Shown here: positions 61,485 through 64,000 of the stretch, piece by piece
How the letters are laid out: every line of letters begins with the position of its first letter
Position numbering within the stretch: the stretch's first letter is position 1
Source of the DNA: an uncultured Thermoleophilia bacterium
Lineage (GTDB): Bacteria > Actinomycetota > Thermoleophilia > Gaiellales > Gaiellaceae
Assembly (NCBI GenBank): GCA_963806025.1
Contig: CAWDWI010000013.1
Location: forward strand, 100,478-164,477
Reading direction: 5' to 3'
Length of the DNA: 64,000 nt
Made by a program: the position numbers and the translations under genes
Notes under the pieces: generated by a model
Database searches by the model: none
What the model saw: the letters and a program-made list of their open reading frames with translations, nothing else
What the model was told of the DNA's origin: nothing

Positions 61485-62113
61485 CTAGGTGGCGCTCACG
61501 CAGATGACGTACAACGTCATGTCTGCGAGGTTCACCTTGTCGTTGACCTGCACGATCCAGCCGGAATTGTCGTTCGGCTTGACCGTTGTCGTGCTCCAGT
61601 CCATGCGACCAGGGAACGACGCGATCACGCCACTTCCGTCCGAGAGGGCCTGCGAGTTGAACCCGCTGTCCCCCGCCGACGTGAACCGGTAGCCGCCACC
61701 CAGCGCGACCTTGCCGGGGGAGCAGGCGACCGTAGCGATGGCGCCGCCGCCCACACCGACGTACCCCGGGACCCATGTCCGAGTTGGCGTCGTCCTTCGA
61801 GTACCGCCAGGTGCGAACCTCGTACCCACTTGCGCCGGCGCGGCCTTGCCGGCCCGGAGCGCCGGCTGCACCAGCAGGCCCCTGCGCCCCACGAGCGCCG
61901 GTTGCCCGCAGGCCCCTGCGGACCGGCCGCGCTGGTCCCTCTGTTCTGGCTCTGCAGCGCGTTGCGCGCGGCGGGCGAGAGATCGGCGAGCGAGACTGCG
62001 CCGTCCTTGATCTGGCTGGACGACGTGATCAGGTAGTGATGGGCGGCGAATGCGCCCGAGGTGATCGCGAGCATTGCGACGAGCACCCCGACTAGGGTGA
62101 TTCCTTTTTTCAA
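61485..62113 (-). pseudogene. Membrane-anchored collagen-like (Gly-X-Y) repeat protein with a C-terminal beta-rich domain, spread over three frames
   Basis: TTG 62113 gives (M)KKGITLVGVLVAMLAITSGAFA..GPQGPAG in frame a. GARGAQGPAGAAGAPGRQGRAGASGYEVRTWRYSKDDANSDMGP is in frame a+1. GYVGVGGGAIATVACSPGKVALGGGYRFTSAGD...MTLYVICVSAT* is in frame a+2. Confidence 0.6.
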
Positions 62114-62317
62114 GTTGATTCCTCTCTTGACCCCGGCCGTCACGGTGCGATGAGGCGGGAGCAGTGTTCGGCCTGGGATCTTCACGCTGCTCTCTCGCAA
62201 AGATCACGGTAGCCCGTACCTGTCGGAACGACCATGACACGATGGGGTAGGCCTGGGGCTCTGGCGAAGTGAGCCGGGATGCTTGTTCGTCGTTCGATGA
62301 GCCCGTAGTCTCTGCCG

Positions 62318-63238
62318 ATGCCCGAGCCGCTGCGGACGCTCGAGACGCCTGACGGCCGCCGGCTTGCCTACGCGATTTGGGGCGACCCGACCGGGTTCCC
62401 GGTGATGTCGCTGCACGGCACGCCGGGGTGTCGGCTGGAGCGCTGGCCGCACGATGAGGTGTATGCAGAACACGGCGTCTGCTGGGTGACGCATGATCGG
62501 GCCGGCTACGGGCAGTCGTCGCGGCGTCCGGGACGCAGGGTCGTCGACGAGGTCGCTGACGTGGTGGCGATCGCCGACGAGCTTGGCTGGGACCGGTTCG
62601 CGGTCGGCGGAGGCTCCGGCGGCGGCCCGCACGCGCTTGCTTGCGCGGCGCTTCTCGGCGACCGGGTGATCCGGGCGGCCTGTCTGGTGGGGGTCGTCCC
62701 CTATGGGCCGGAGGGATTCGAGCATGACGACTGGCTGGCCGGCATGGACCCGGAGAACGTGAAGGAGTTCGAATGGGCGCTCGCCGGAGAAGACGTTCTC
62801 AGCCGCGAGTTGACCGTCATGCAGGCCCGGATCGAGGAACGCGTTGCAGAGGATCCGGCGAACGTCCTCGAAGGGTTCGAGCTGAGCGAAGCCGACCGCG
62901 AGGCTCTCCAGCAGGCGGAGTTCCAGCAGATCATCCGGGAGTCGACGTACGAGCGTTGCGTGCACGGCGTCGGCGGCTGGGTCGACGACGAGCTGGCCTT
63001 TACGAAGCCCTGGGGGTTCGACGTCGCGCAGGTCTCGGTGCCGACACTTGTCCGCTATGGCGCAACCGACGTGCTCGTCCCGCCGGCGCACGGCGAATGG
63101 CTGGCGGCTCATGTCCCCGGCTGCGTCGTGAAGATCGACGGCGAGGCAGGGCATCTGGCGTCAGACCCGGTGGCGGAAATCGGGCAGCACATCCGCTGGC
63201 TGCGCGACGGCACGCCGCCCGAAGGCAGCCAGTCCTAG
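62318..63238 (+). CDS. Alpha/beta hydrolase fold protein
   Basis: LETPDGRRLAYAIWGDPTGFPVMSLHGTPG, a nucleophile elbow FAVGGGSGGGPHA (G-x-S-x-G) and a late His (GEAGHLA). Confidence 0.75.
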   Translation: MPEPLRTLETPDGRRLAYAIWGDPTGFPVMSLHGTPGCRLERWPHDEVYAEHGVCWVTHDRAGYGQSSRRPGRRVVDEVADVVAIADELGWDRFAVGGGSGGGPHALACAALLGDRVIRAACLVGVVPYGPEGFEHDDWLAGMDPENVKEFEWALAGEDVLSRELTVMQARIEERVAEDPANVLEGFELSEADREALQQAEFQQIIRESTYERCVHGVGGWVDDELAFTKPWGFDVAQVSVPTLVRYGATDVLVPPAHGEWLAAHVPGCVVKIDGEAGHLASDPVAEIGQHIRWLRDGTPPEGSQS

Positions 63239-63284
63239 CGGCGGGCAATGCGATCCGTGATGGAGTGCGGGTGGCCGAGCTCCT

Positions 63285-63683
63285 CTACGGACCGGCTGTT
63301 CGTAACTCAGTGAGTGAGCTGCCCCGCAGCCGGTAAATGATCCAGGACGAGCGGCTCTTCTGGTCGAAAACGAGCGAGAAGACCGACCGCGGCGATGACC
63401 ACGTCCAGCCTGTGCAATAGAGCTTGTCCCAGTCGCGGCTCAGACCGGCGACCGAACTGGATAACCACGGCGGATAACCGCGCATCAGGATCCCTGAACA
63501 CTCGATCGAGGTCGGGATGATGCCTGGGTACTGCCGCCTCAGTTCGACCCGAGCCCCTGACGGGGTTTGTCCCCAACCGTCCGGCTTGAGTCCGGTCAGC
63601 CACGTTATTGGTTTACGGGCATGGGCCGCACCTGCCGAGGCGCACACCAGCGAGATAACTCCTATTGCGACGATCGACCGCAA
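63285..63683 (-). CDS. Secreted hypothetical protein (132 aa) in a locally lower-GC stretch
   Basis: Signal peptide MRSIVAIGVISLVCASAGAAHA. No family recognised. Confidence 0.45.
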   Translation of the reverse strand: MRSIVAIGVISLVCASAGAAHARKPITWLTGLKPDGWGQTPSGARVELRRQYPGIIPTSIECSGILMRGYPPWLSSSVAGLSRDWDKLYCTGWTWSSPRSVFSLVFDQKSRSSWIIYRLRGSSLTELRTAGP

Positions 63684-63749
63684 GACCGTGAGGCAAGGAT
63701 AAGGCAGTTGGTCGGCCGTTCCAAACCGTGCCGGCGGGACTGTCCCGGA

Positions 63750-64000
63750 ATGGCTCCTGAGCTGCGTAGGGTAAGGCTGGTGTCCGAGCCCGCGCGCTTC
63801 GACGATTACGGAGAGATCACGAGCGTCGTCGTCTCGCAGGGCGGCGAGGTGGTGATCGAGGAGTACCTGGACGGTGACGTGAGCACGCTGCGCAACACGC
63901 GTTCGTGCACGAAAACCGTTGTCGGGATGCTGCTCGGTATGGCGATCGACCGAGGCATCGTTCCGGGAGTCGAGACGCCGCTCCAGGAGCTGCTTGGCGA
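63750..64000 (+). CDS. Beta-lactamase-family serine hydrolase, N-terminal part; runs off the window
   Basis: Own translation from ATG 63750: MAPELRRVRLVSEPARFDDYGEITSVVVSQGGEVVIEEYLDGDVSTLRNTRSCTKTVVGMLLGMAIDRG. It contains the S-x-x-K motif (SCTK). Not in the track because it is truncated. Confidence 0.65.
   Translation, partial: MAPELRRVRLVSEPARFDDYGEITSVVVSQGGEVVIEEYLDGDVSTLRNTRSCTKTVVGMLLGMAIDRGIVPGVETPLQELLG

Noticed and set aside
1-64000. Mobile genetic element / prophage / genomic island borders
   Set aside because: I found no integrase, transposase, recombinase, tRNA attachment site or flanking direct repeats. Only local GC dips (near 46.1, 56.4, 59.0 and 63.3-63.7 kb) coincide with intergenic or small-gene regions.

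Overview
High-GC (about 70%), densely coding chromosomal segment of actinobacterial type. A Thermoleophilia/Solirubrobacterales-like origin is only a guess from gene content. I saw no rRNA, tRNA, CRISPR array, transposase, integrase or prophage genes. Content in order: (1) 1-10.6 kb: a complete L-rhamnose regulon. One arm is rhaR(DeoR)-rhaB-rhaEW-binding protein-ABC ATPase; the divergent arm is rhaI-lutABC-rhaM; a palindromic operator candidate lies between them. (2) 10.7-15.3 kb: a LuxR-type response regulator, four tiny Cys-rich or unknown ORFs, a DUF6328 membrane protein and a GGDEF+HD-GYP membrane protein. (3) 15.6-21 kb: a secreted GH-like protein, a CHAD protein, queF, a cupredoxin-like/COG4315 pair and secreted unknowns. 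(4) 21.1-28.5 kb: one giant secreted beta-helix protein, split in two frames, with two arrays of a 15-bp / PINGL pentapeptide repeat, a PPC domain, a possible clan-CD protease core and Ig-like domains. (5) 28.5-45.5 kb: the most unusual part, a cyclic-nucleotide signalling island. It holds three giant cyclase-AAA/NB-ARC-TPR (STAND-like) proteins, four CAP-type cNMP-binding modules without HTH domains (three stand-alone, one fused to an MFS transporter), an MBL-fold hydrolase, and a tightly packed ECF sigma / small protein / FTCD_C-like / intracellular S8 protease / GAF operon. (6) 45.5-51.3 kb: FAD oxidase, PPK2, cupin, a second GH-like protein and small unknowns. (7) 51.3-56.3 kb: a lipid-remodelling cluster (PAP2 x2, DAG-kinase-like, DUF1206, PLD-like). 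(8) 56.6-64 kb: a Cys-less thioredoxin-fold protein, a Rho_N-like basic protein, an AI-2E transporter, an HTH regulator, a PAS-LuxR regulator that reads in frame into a processive GT2 synthase, a collagen-like membrane protein, an alpha/beta hydrolase and a serine hydrolase (partial). Cross-cutting observation: at least 12-13 otherwise intact genes are split by what looks like a single extra base (+1 frame jumps), mostly in the last 14 kb. This points to indel errors in the assembly or, less likely, gene decay. Start codons were refined by eye and are less certain than gene identities. All functional calls come from motif recognition, not database searches.
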